From Candidatus Sericytochromatia bacterium (GTDB lineage Bacteria > Cyanobacteriota > Sericytochromatia > S15B-MN24 > JAQBPE01), in assembly GCA_040400605.1 (NCBI GenBank), contig JBBAPZ010000007.1:19485-83484 (forward strand): a DNA stretch of 64,000 nucleotides. Reading direction: 5' to 3'. Positions 10,237 through 19,033 of the stretch are shown piece after piece. Under the pieces are notes generated by a model. That model searched no databases. It saw only the letters and a program-made list of their open reading frames with translations, and was not told the origin of the DNA. Every line of letters begins with the position of its first letter. Positions within the stretch are counted from its first letter, which is position 1. The position numbers were made by a program, and so were the translations under genes.

Positions 10237-11159
10237 TGACGACGACACAGGCGCCCTTCGCAGGCATTGACCCCGTGCTCTGGCATTCGGAATATCCCTT
10301 CGAATCCCGGTATCTGCGCCTGTCTCACGGGGCACGCATGCACTACCTCCACGTTGGGCAGGGCGAACCCGTCATCATGGTGCATGGCAACCCGTCTTGG
10401 TCCTTTTATTTCCGCAAACTGGTTCGGGCACTGTCTGACACCCATCAGGTGATCGTTCCCGATCACATCGGCTGCGGGCTGTCAGACAAGCCTGACGACT
10501 CACGTTATAACTATACCCTGCGCTCACGGATCGATGACCTCGCGGAACTGTTGCAAAGCCTTGGCATTGACGGCCCTGTCACCTTGGTCTTGCACGATTG
10601 GGGCGGGGCCATCGGCCTCGGTTGGGCGGCCAGACAACCCGCGTGCCTCAAGCGCCTGGTATTGCTCAATACGGCGGCTTTCGGCCTGCCTGAGGGTAAA
10701 ACGTTGCCCTTTGCGCTCACCCTGTGCCGCGTGCCGGGGCTTGGCGCCGGCTTGATTCGTGGCTTGAATCTCTTTGCGCGCCAAGCATCACGGATCGGCT
10801 GTACCAGCCATCCGATGACGCAGGCATTAAAAGACATGTACTGCGCACCCTACGACTCTTGGCACAATCGCATTGCAACCTTGCGTTTCGTACAAGATAT
10901 TCCCCTCACCACGACCGACCCGGCTTATGACAGCTTGAGACAGGCAGAGGCTGCACTGACGCACTGGCAACATGTTCCTGCTTTGATTGCGTGGGGTGGA
11001 CAAGATCCCGTATTTGATAAACTCTTTTTGAACGAATGGCAAAAACGTCTGCCAAACGCCACGGTGGAATGGTTTCCACACGCAGGCCACTACATTTTGG
11101 AAGACGAAAGCGTTCGAGTGGTTCCACTGATTCGCGATTTTTTGTCAGAGGCACGTTAA
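10236..11159 (+). CDS. oleB: OleB, haloalkane-dehalogenase-like beta-lactone decarboxylase
   Basis: HGNPSW, Asp nucleophile elbow HDWGG, AGHY catalytic His, FVQDIP; TGATG overlap with oleA. Confidence 0.88.
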   Translation: MTTTQAPFAGIDPVLWHSEYPFESRYLRLSHGARMHYLHVGQGEPVIMVHGNPSWSFYFRKLVRALSDTHQVIVPDHIGCGLSDKPDDSRYNYTLRSRIDDLAELLQSLGIDGPVTLVLHDWGGAIGLGWAARQPACLKRLVLLNTAAFGLPEGKTLPFALTLCRVPGLGAGLIRGLNLFARQASRIGCTSHPMTQALKDMYCAPYDSWHNRIATLRFVQDIPLTTTDPAYDSLRQAEAALTHWQHVPALIAWGGQDPVFDKLFLNEWQKRLPNATVEWFPHAGHYILEDESVRVVPLIRDFLSEAR

Positions 11160-11162
11160 ACG

Positions 11163-12809
11163 ATGGACCCAAGCGCTGAATTGTCACCGATTGAATCGCT
11201 CGCCGATATGACGAACATTGCGTCATGTCTGGAGCGCTGGAAGGCGATCGTCCCTCGGCAAACTGCCATCACGGTGGGGACTCAATCCCTGGATTTTTCG
11301 ACCTTGGACGAGTTGAGCGACCGTTACGCCGCTATCCTTCAGGCTGCCGGCATTCAAACCGGCACCCGTACCGCTTTGATGGTAACGCCAGGCGTTGATT
11401 TCATCGCCTGTGCCTTTGCCCTGTTCAAACTGGGGGCGCTGCCCGTGATGGTGGATCCAGGTCTTGGCTTCAAGGAAGTGGGCGCCTGTTTGAACAGGGC
11501 CAAGACGCAAGCGTTCGTGGGTGTCCCCAAGGCGCACTTGGCGCGCGTGCTGGGGCGTTGGGGCCGAGGCGATCGCTGGTTGAATGTCTGGGTGGGCAAG
11601 CCAGGGTTTAACGGCCACATGCCGTGTTTACACCCAGAGGTGGTATCAACTCCCTTGCAATGGGATGCAAGCATTAACCCGGATCAAGCAGCCGCCATTT
11701 TATTCACAAGTGGCAGCACGGGGAGTCCCAAAGGGGTTATGTACACGCACCGGATGTTTCTTGAACAGTTACGACTGCTGGCAAAAGACTTCAAGACGGG
11801 GCCCGGCTATGTGAGTTTACCGACGTTTCCTTTGTTCGCGCTGTTTGATGTGGCGTTGGGTATGACAATCATCATCCCCAAAATGAACTTTAGCAAACCT
11901 GCCAAGGTCGATGCGCAACACATCGTGGAACTGATTGGGCGCCACGGGGTGACCCACCTGTTCGGTTCGCCTGCCTTGATCCAACGCGTGGGGGAATGGG
12001 CCATCAAACGGCAATATCGCTTGCTAAGCCTAAGGGTGGTTCTGTCAGCCGGTGCACCGGTTGCGCCGCCGATCCTCAAAACCTTCGCCTCACTTCTCAG
12101 TTCAGACGTCATGCTGGTCACGCCATACGGTGCTACCGAAGCCTTGCCCGTGGCACTCATCGACCATACCCGGATTTTAGATGACACGCTGGAACAGTGG
12201 GCTTCAGGCGGCGGCGTCTGCGTCGGTCATCTCGTCGATGGCATCGAGGCGGCACTGATTCCGATCACGGACGCACCAATTACCCGATTTGACGCTAAAA
12301 TGGCACTCCCCCAAGGGGCGGTGGGTGAAATTGTCGTCCGTGGCGCTCAGGTGTCACAGGTTTATGACAACCTCCCGGAAGCGACTTTGGCAGCCAAAAT
12401 GGCTGATGAACGGGGCGATCCCTGCTGGCACCGCATGGGAGATGTCGGGCGTTTTGATGAACAGGGGCGACTATGGTTTTTGGGGCGCAAAGCCCATCGG
12501 GTTGAAGTGAATGGCGAACAATTGCTCCCCATTCCGTGTGAGGCCATCTTCAATCAACATCCGGCCATCAAGCGCTCAGCGTTGGTGTCCGCGCGAGGCA
12601 AAGCCGTGATTTGCGTTGAACGGGAAGCCGGATTTGGTGATTTGCCGTGGCGCGAGTTGGTCCTGGCACTGCGGGCCTTGGCACAACGACAGCCGCACAC
12701 GCGTGCGATCACGACGTTTTTGGAGCATCCGGCGTTTCCGGTTGATATTCGGCACAATGCCAAAATCCGGCGCGAGATCCTCGCGCAGTGGGCGTCACAA
12801 CGAGTATGA
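11163..12809 (+). CDS. oleC: OleC, AMP-dependent beta-lactone synthetase
   Basis: FTSGSTGSPKG, YGATE, HRMGD and the OleC-like C-terminal FPVDIRHNAKI. Confidence 0.9.
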   Translation: MDPSAELSPIESLADMTNIASCLERWKAIVPRQTAITVGTQSLDFSTLDELSDRYAAILQAAGIQTGTRTALMVTPGVDFIACAFALFKLGALPVMVDPGLGFKEVGACLNRAKTQAFVGVPKAHLARVLGRWGRGDRWLNVWVGKPGFNGHMPCLHPEVVSTPLQWDASINPDQAAAILFTSGSTGSPKGVMYTHRMFLEQLRLLAKDFKTGPGYVSLPTFPLFALFDVALGMTIIIPKMNFSKPAKVDAQHIVELIGRHGVTHLFGSPALIQRVGEWAIKRQYRLLSLRVVLSAGAPVAPPILKTFASLLSSDVMLVTPYGATEALPVALIDHTRILDDTLEQWASGGGVCVGHLVDGIEAALIPITDAPITRFDAKMALPQGAVGEIVVRGAQVSQVYDNLPEATLAAKMADERGDPCWHRMGDVGRFDEQGRLWFLGRKAHRVEVNGEQLLPIPCEAIFNQHPAIKRSALVSARGKAVICVEREAGFGDLPWRELVLALRALAQRQPHTRAITTFLEHPAFPVDIRHNAKIRREILAQWASQRV

Positions 12810-13813
12810 AACAGGGGCTGGTAACAGGCGGCGGGGGGTTTTTGGGACGTGCGATCGTCGCGCAATTGCTGGCGTTAGGCTGGAAGGTTCGTTGTTACCA
12901 ACGCGGGCATTATCCAGACTTGCTGGCGGCCGGTGCGGAGGTTTGGACAGGTGATCTGACAGACATAGAAAACATGAAACAGGCCTGCCAAGGCGTTGAC
13001 ACGGTGTTTCATGTCGCGGCCAAGGCGGGTGTTTGGGGGCCTTATGAAGGCTATTTTGCAGCGAATGTCACAGGGACGCGTCATGTGCTTGAGGCGTGCC
13101 GGGCAAACGGCGTCCAACGGCTTGTTTACACCAGTTCGCCGAGTGTGGTGTTTGATGGACGCGATCACGAAGGCATTGATGAGCGCACCCCCTACGCGAC
13201 CCGGTTTCTGGCAAGTTACCCCCAAACCAAGGCGATCGCCGAACAAATGATCCTTGCAGCAAACAGTCCCGAACTGGCGACCATTGCGCTGCGGCCGCAT
13301 CTGATTTGGGGTCCGGGTGATCCGCACCACCTGCCCCGGCTCATTGCGCGCGCGCGCAGCGGGCAACTCCGACGCATCAGCGGTCCAACCACATTCATCG
13401 ATGCCACCTACATCGATAACGCAGCCCACGCACATATCCTCGCGTGCGACGCCCTCAAACCGGGTGCGCCCTGCGCCGGACGCGCCTACTTCATCGCGCA
13501 GGGCGAACCCGTGGCGACCTGGGACTTCATTCAATCCATACTCGAAGCCGTTGGGCAGCCCCAAACACTACCGACCATACCGCCGTGGCTGGCACGCCTG
13601 GCAGGCGCAGCCGCCGAAGACACCTACCGTCTGCTGGGCCTCGAACGCGAACCACCGATGACCCGGTTTGTCGCCCAGGAACTCACCACATCCCACTGGT
13701 TTGATCTCACGGCAGCCCGGCAGGATCTGGGTTACACAGCATCAATTACCACCGACGAAGGCCTCCGACGACTGGCTCAGGCATATGCATCAGATGCCAC
13801 CAACCAGACGTGA
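12806..13813 (+). CDS. oleD: OleD, NAD(P)-dependent 2-alkyl-3-oxoalkanoate reductase (3-beta-HSD-like SDR)
   Basis: VTGGGGFLG, HVAAKAGVWG, YTSSPSVVF, YPQTK, RPHLIWGPGD; ATGA overlap with oleC. Confidence 0.9.
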   Translation: MKQGLVTGGGGFLGRAIVAQLLALGWKVRCYQRGHYPDLLAAGAEVWTGDLTDIENMKQACQGVDTVFHVAAKAGVWGPYEGYFAANVTGTRHVLEACRANGVQRLVYTSSPSVVFDGRDHEGIDERTPYATRFLASYPQTKAIAEQMILAANSPELATIALRPHLIWGPGDPHHLPRLIARARSGQLRRISGPTTFIDATYIDNAAHAHILACDALKPGAPCAGRAYFIAQGEPVATWDFIQSILEAVGQPQTLPTIPPWLARLAGAAAEDTYRLLGLEREPPMTRFVAQELTTSHWFDLTAARQDLGYTASITTDEGLRRLAQAYASDATNQT

Positions 13814-14031
13814 GACAAGCGCGCCATGATGACTGAGGGTTTCAAACATTCTGGAGTCGTACCGCCACAAAGCGTGTGCCACACGGATCGCGCAAGCATT
13901 TTTTTCATAAGTGGCCACACGCCAGGGATCAGTGTGACGTCTACGCGCAATCAGGAAAACGTGCACCTCAGCTAAAATAGCACCCCATTATGCCCGATGC
14001 GCCAACCTTGTAACCAGACTGGAAACCATTC

Positions 14032-14060
14032 TTGACACTGGCTTGGCCTGAACTTATACT
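14032..14060 (+). promoter_or_regulatory. Sigma70-type promoter for yceD-rpmF
   Basis: TTGACA (14032-14037), 17-nt spacer, TATACT (14055-14060). Confidence 0.75.
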
Positions 14061-14119
14061 TTTGATGCTGTGCGGTATTTTGTGGGGAGTCACAGGAGAG
14101 CTGTCAGCCAGGGGTTCGA

Positions 14120-14581
14120 ATGCAACTCGCCGTTTCCAGTATTTTGCAATCGCAGCGGAATACAAATGTCTACCCTTTTTGTGAAATGTTAAGCCTCGAG
14201 TCCGAGGACGAGCGTTTGACGCGGGCAGTTCAAGGAGACGTCACGGTAACGCGAGCCAGTTCACGGGTGATTCGCGTGACGGGTGCCTTCGATACTGAAT
14301 TGACGTTCAAGTGCGACCGGTGTGGTGAGACCTTCACGCAAGCCTTCGCGTTTGAACTGGACGAAACCTTGGATGTTACAGATAGCCCGTTGACGGCGCT
14401 TGAAGTGGAAGAAGCGGTCTCGCCCACGGGTCAACTGGATTTGACGGATCTCGTCCGGCAGAACCTTCTTGTCAGTTTGCCAGGTCGGCGTTTATGTGGT
14501 TGTTCACCCATTGAGTCAGGTCAGTCAGGAGACATTTTAGACCCACGCTGGTCGGCTCTCAAAGGTTTCGGCACCAACTGA
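14120..14581 (+). CDS. yceD: YceD/DUF177 family protein
   Basis: CDRC motif, LDLTDLVRQNLLVSLP, C-terminal DPRWSALK; directly upstream of rpmF. Confidence 0.88.
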   Translation: MQLAVSSILQSQRNTNVYPFCEMLSLESEDERLTRAVQGDVTVTRASSRVIRVTGAFDTELTFKCDRCGETFTQAFAFELDETLDVTDSPLTALEVEEAVSPTGQLDLTDLVRQNLLVSLPGRRLCGCSPIESGQSGDILDPRWSALKGFGTN

Positions 14582-14671
14582 AACCGAAGCGTCTATCCCT
14601 CACGGTTGGCGTGCCAAGGCGACACGGATCGCGCCGTCGCAACACCTCAACAATTGTTCTGGAGAATTCCG

Positions 14672-14860
14672 ATGCCTCAACCCAAGAAAAAACACACCAA
14701 TATGCGTACCGGCCATCGTCGCGCACACTGGATGAACAGCATTCATGTGCCCAACCTGACCACCTGTAACACATGCAACGCGCCCATGATTCCCCACACG
14801 TTGTGCCAGTCATGTCAGACCTACCGGGGGCGTTCGTTCGGTGTTCCGGCCGAGGAGTAA
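14672..14860 (+). CDS. rpmF: 50S ribosomal protein L32 (Zn-ribbon form)
   Basis: MPQPKKK..RRAHW..CNTC..PHTLCQSC..YRGR; GGAGA RBS upstream. Confidence 0.93.
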   Translation: MPQPKKKHTNMRTGHRRAHWMNSIHVPNLTTCNTCNAPMIPHTLCQSCQTYRGRSFGVPAEE

Positions 14861-14878
14861 TTCGGTAACCACATTTAC

Positions 14879-14911
14879 GAGCCTGTCACTTACCCAGTGA
14901 CAGGCTCTTTT
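14879..14911 (+). terminator. Intrinsic terminator after rpmF
   Basis: 12-bp perfect stem GAGCCTGTCACT / AGTGACAGGCTC followed by TTTT. Confidence 0.85.
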
Positions 14912-15290
14912 CGTAGGGCCTGACGGTGATCAAATTGGGATTGCCTTCCAGTATTAATGGTGTTGTAAATCCGCATCTTTTTGGCAGTACAGAGCAGTGA
15001 CACGCCACATTGTTACAACCAACAGCGTGGGACTGGTTTGAGTCCACCATTGGGGTTTTAAAACTGTAATTTTAAGCCTTGCAACTGGACTTTCCTTTAA
15101 CTAGGACAGTCTTAGCAAGACCTTTGACTTGCCACCTGCTGACTTGGGCGCCTTTTTTGTGCAACCAGACACGCGAGTGCAACCGCACCGGACACCTTCA
15201 GGTTGGCCGTTGCATCCGCGCCGCGAAGCAGTCTTCAACGCGGTCCGTCGTGAAGAAGTCAATCGAGGTCTCTGGGTAATTTTGCAAAGA

Positions 15291-15341
15291 TTAACCATAG
15301 CTTAATCTTTTTTTACTCATTTTGTAACCTTTTTGTAACCA
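15291..15341 (+). promoter_or_regulatory. Five 11-bp-period direct repeats, Pho-box/OmpR-family-like operator
   Basis: TTAACCA (15291), TTAATCT (15302), TTACTCA (15313), GTAACCT (15324), GTAACCA (15335). Confidence 0.6.
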
Positions 15342-15400
15342 TTCCTTAGGATAAGGATGTTGTCAGGTTGGTGGTGATGAGTGACGAAAGTAGGTAGGGT

Positions 15401-15922
15401 GTGCCGCAGATGACGAACAACGGAAAGACTTCATTGTCGCGTCCTTCTTCTGGCGCTGATCCGACGTCGCGCTTGACTGTCAACGGCAAGACATTTAATG
15501 CAACGGTAAAAAAGCTGACACAGACGCAAGAACTTGAAGCGTTGCGTTTGGCACCAAGCAACGGGGCTGATGACATGTTCTTCAAACTCAACGGGGATAC
15601 TTATGTGGCGACGGGGCGTGGCTTGCCGATCGACCGCGTCAAAAAAGGTGCTGCGGTTGGGTATGCAGACCAGACGGGTTACGTGTTGAACACGGATCGC
15701 GAATTGAACACCTTTAATGAGGGGATGCGTCATCCGTTGGGACTGACCATCGGCGGCGGATTGACTGCGTATGGTCTGATTGGTTTTGTGCAAGGCGTCT
15801 TGGCCGGGCAGAACATGGCCGGACTGGGTTTGCTAATCGCCGCCATGGGTCCGGTCGTTGGCGCGTTGACCAACCTGGTGCCCGCCATTTATGGGAGCAG
15901 CCGTCGGGTGGATGACCGTTAA
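15401..15922 (+). CDS. Hypothetical protein with two C-terminal Gly-rich hydrophobic segments
   Basis: 173-aa ORF with an AGGTAGG-like RBS; the only long ORF in this interval; hairpin at 15945-15969 downstream. Confidence 0.7.
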   Translation: MPQMTNNGKTSLSRPSSGADPTSRLTVNGKTFNATVKKLTQTQELEALRLAPSNGADDMFFKLNGDTYVATGRGLPIDRVKKGAAVGYADQTGYVLNTDRELNTFNEGMRHPLGLTIGGGLTAYGLIGFVQGVLAGQNMAGLGLLIAAMGPVVGALTNLVPAIYGSSRRVDDR

Positions 15923-16144
15923 TGACAAGGGCCCCTGTCGCGCTCTCGATGGCTAATTCACCCATCGAGGCGAGACTTTCCGTTGCGGCTCAGGGTGCTA
16001 TGCGGTAACACATAGGTTTTGTTCAAAACGTGTGTAGCGAACTGCAAACATCAGGCGCTGGCTCATTATTTCTGAATAACAGCCAAAATTTAATCATCGG
16101 TCAACGCGTGTCTGTATCGCGGCAAACATGACGTTTGTTGTATT

Positions 16145-16842
16145 TTAGGCGTTCACGTCCCCCTGTGAAAACACCGAATAGCATCGCATTCAGATGCCGA
16201 ACGTGCTGACGCCTGATTCAAATCAGGAGTCAGCGAGACGTTGCACCCGATTTTTGCGCAAAGCCGTTGGGGGGCAGTGCGGCGACAGGCAGTGTGGTGT
16301 CACGACGCCCTCTGGCAACGCGCCACGCCTTTTTGCGCCACAACCTGCACAGCAGACAACATACCGCTGATACTCAACAACAAACGGCTAAACGGGTGGC
16401 AATTCAATAATCTGCCAGGTGATGGACTCACCATCCACAGGGGCATCTGAATCGATTGTTGCGCCATATTGACCACACGCCGCGGGTTTGAGGGGCTGTA
16501 CCTGTGAGATCTGCTCTTCGGTAAACGGTTGAAAGGTTTTGCCTTCATGACCTTCTTGCCCGCCAGCTTTCTTGTTGCTTTTGTTGCGCGGACGGTGCTT
16601 GCGGCCATGCATGTCGTTTGAGGTTGGTTTTGAGGAATTGCTGACGTTCGTTTTGAGCCGGACTTCAAGCTCCGCCAACCGGGACGTGAGTCGTTCACGT
16701 CGCAATACGGGCCAATGCTGCATCCCGTTCGGCAATTGCTGCATCACGCTCTAAAATGAGACGTTCAGCCTGACGGAACAGCGATCTGCCATTTTGAGCG
16801 CAGATCACGTTCGATCATTCCTGTAACACCCTGAACGCGTAC
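16145..16842 (-). mobile_element. Internally deleted, degenerate IS66-family element
   Basis: Ends GTACGCGTTCAGGG (minus strand from 16842) and TTAGGCGTTCACG (16145) resemble IS66 terminal inverted repeats. The interior encodes a transposase N-terminus. Confidence 0.7.
16300..16747 (-). pseudogene. IS66 transposase N-terminal fragment
   Basis: LAELEVRLKTNVSNSSKPTSND..KAGGQEGHEGKT..QIIELPPV*PFVVEYQRYVVCCAGCGAKRRGALPEGV, with an in-frame TAG at 16388-16390 and no DDE core. Confidence 0.8.
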
Positions 16843-17220
16843 AAATATATTTATATCGACGGCAATTTTCAAAAGAATTGTTTTGGCATATCTGGGATGA
16901 GGTCACCGTGGGGGTTTTCCTAAAAAACAAGTCTGTAGCTTAAAATGCAGTTACAGAGAGACATTTTACAAAAAATCAGTTACCGAAACCGTCAGGATCG
17001 ATCAAGTCCCCTTGAGTGCAACAACCCGGGTCCATCGTCTTTTCTTTGTGTTGATACGTTGGAAAAACCATGCCGACACTTTCTTGCCAGGCCTCCACCG
17101 GAATGGATAGACACCACGGGACGCTACCGAACGATCGTCGCTATCAGACAGAAATGCGCTGACGGGGGCTCACGATTTGGCGGACACCCGCAACCACCGC
17201 ATCCGCAAGCTCGTGGCGCG

Positions 17221-18336
17221 CTAACCGAACCCGAAGGGGCAACGCTTGCCGTCCTTCACGCCGCGCCCGTCTGCGCTGGCCTGGTAGGCCGCCTCACGGA
17301 TGGCGTTCAGCTCGCCGATCCCCTTGAGCGCACCGTCTTCGGGGCCCCAGCGGTTGCCGATGCCAAAGGCCAGTCCGTCGACCTCTCGCTCGTGCGCGAG
17401 CTCCTCTTGGCGCGCGGCGCCCTTCGCCCAAGGCAGCGTTAGTTCGCCCACCGTGAGCCACGGCGAGTCCCACGCTTTGCGCATGTCGTCGAGCGGCGTG
17501 GACGTGGGGTCGCGGAAGCCCTGGACCTGCAGCTTGTAGCGTACCACGCCGCCGTCGAGGCGCCTCTCCAGGTCTCGAGACAGCTGCTCCGGCCCGTTAG
17601 CTTGCAGCTTCGGGTCCGACTCAACCGGCACGAGACGCAGTTTCACCGCGTGCTCGCCGAGCTGAAAGGGCGTACGGCTCCAGAAGGTGTGCCCAGCGAG
17701 GCTCACGCCCCGGCTCATGACCCGCTTGCCAGCCATCACCAGCTCGATCGCCGCGAAGAACCCGATCTCCCGCCGCCAAACGGCCTTCGCCAGGAACCCC
17801 AGCCCCTTGCCGCGCACCTGCGCCCCCACTATGGCGCCCTTCGCACCCTTGGCCATAAAGGTCTCCGACGTGTTCATGAGCAGGTCCTGGACGTGCCCCT
17901 GATCGTCGGTTAGGCGGATGGCGATGCCGCGCAGGTCGGCTTCCTCGTCGGAGGTGCCGACCCCGGCCACGTTGGAGACGCGCACGATGGCGCGCAGCTT
18001 GGCGCCGGGGGCGAAGGGCCCATGGGCGACGGCCGCAGGCAGATCCGCAGGCACCCGCAGCTCCGCGCGGGTGGTGGTGTAGAGGGCCTTCGCGTGCTGG
18101 GCCCGCTTTACGCCGCCGTTGGCGGGGGCAAAAAGCTTCTGGATGTCAGCGATCGCAGCGGCCGCGCGCGCGGGGTCGCTGCGATCGCCGGCGGGGACGT
18201 GCTCTGCCCAGTCCGTGCGCCACGTCGCGACGATTTGGGCTGGCGTGAGGCCGCCTGCTGCAGCCGCGGGGGGGACCCCCTTCGTGGGATCCGGGGAGCG
18301 GAATGGTTGGCCGGCGGGGATGGGCGCGATAGTCAT
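17221..18336 (-). CDS. Catalase-like heme protein (small catalase-related superfamily)
   Basis: RAQHAK distal His, VRVSN, DLRGIAIRL, QDLLMN, WSRTPFQLG and proximal REAAY; markedly GC-rich. Confidence 0.78.
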   Translation of the reverse strand: MTIAPIPAGQPFRSPDPTKGVPPAAAAGGLTPAQIVATWRTDWAEHVPAGDRSDPARAAAAIADIQKLFAPANGGVKRAQHAKALYTTTRAELRVPADLPAAVAHGPFAPGAKLRAIVRVSNVAGVGTSDEEADLRGIAIRLTDDQGHVQDLLMNTSETFMAKGAKGAIVGAQVRGKGLGFLAKAVWRREIGFFAAIELVMAGKRVMSRGVSLAGHTFWSRTPFQLGEHAVKLRLVPVESDPKLQANGPEQLSRDLERRLDGGVVRYKLQVQGFRDPTSTPLDDMRKAWDSPWLTVGELTLPWAKGAARQEELAHEREVDGLAFGIGNRWGPEDGALKGIGELNAIREAAYQASADGRGVKDGKRCPFGFG

Positions 18337-18392
18337 ATTAGTTATATACCCGCCAACGTCGCGATCTTACAGCGTAGATTGACACCGAACCA

Positions 18393-18858
18393 TTGATTTC
18401 ACTGGGCGGCTATGGGGTGCCCGAGCGTGTGAGCAGCGACGCACGCCGGCAACTGCCCCGGTTGTTGCTCTCAGGCGATATGACAGGCGTGCGCGAGGTG
18501 TTGCACACCCTTTATGCCGGTATTCCACACGACTGGTACCGCAAGATTTCTTCAGGGGGCCGATGGGCACTATGCCAGCGTGTTTGATTGTTGCCTCGTG
18601 GCTTTGGGCTATGATGTCGCGGTGGAAGACGCCACCAACAAGGGCCGCATCGATTTGGCCCTGCGAGTGAAAACCCGGGTGTACCTATTTGAAATCAAGG
18701 TCGTGGAGCAGGACCCCAAAGGCAAGGCCCTGGCTCAGTTACAAGCACGTGGCTAGGCCGAGAAGTACAAAGGGCCTGGTGTGAGCGCCGTATTGGTTGG
18801 CATTGAGTTCAGCCGGGAGGAGCGCAACGTGGTGGGCTTTGAGGTGGCTGAAGGTTGA
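18393..18858 (+). pseudogene. Truncated, frameshifted paralog of the C-terminal PD-(D/E)XK region of the downstream AAA gene
   Basis: AGIPHDWYRK, a frameshift, then YASVF..EDATNKGRIDLALR..YLFEIKVVEQ..LAQLQARG*AEKYK..GIEFSREERNVVGFEVAEG*; collinear with about 20130-20581. Confidence 0.85.
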
Positions 18859-19033
18859 GAGGCAGCACGGTGGCTCGGATCGCGCCTTCAACTCACTCAT
18901 CACAATTCCGGTCCCACGCACCGAGATGGCTCTTGCATGTCTGTCTTTTGCGCCCACAAGGCGCGAGAAAGAGACCAGGCAGACCCCATTCAATCCCGTC
19001 TGACGCCGTGCTATGATACGCCTTGGAGGCGAC

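Noticed and set aside
10236..11159. True haloalkane dehalogenase
   Set aside because: Its position between oleA and oleC favours OleB.
14912..15290. 6S RNA or another ncRNA downstream of rpmF
   Set aside because: Only short imperfect stems; I could not support a recognisable fold.
16836..16862. dif site
   Set aside because: AT-rich but lacks a convincing TTATGTTAAA XerD arm, and it coincides with the IS end.
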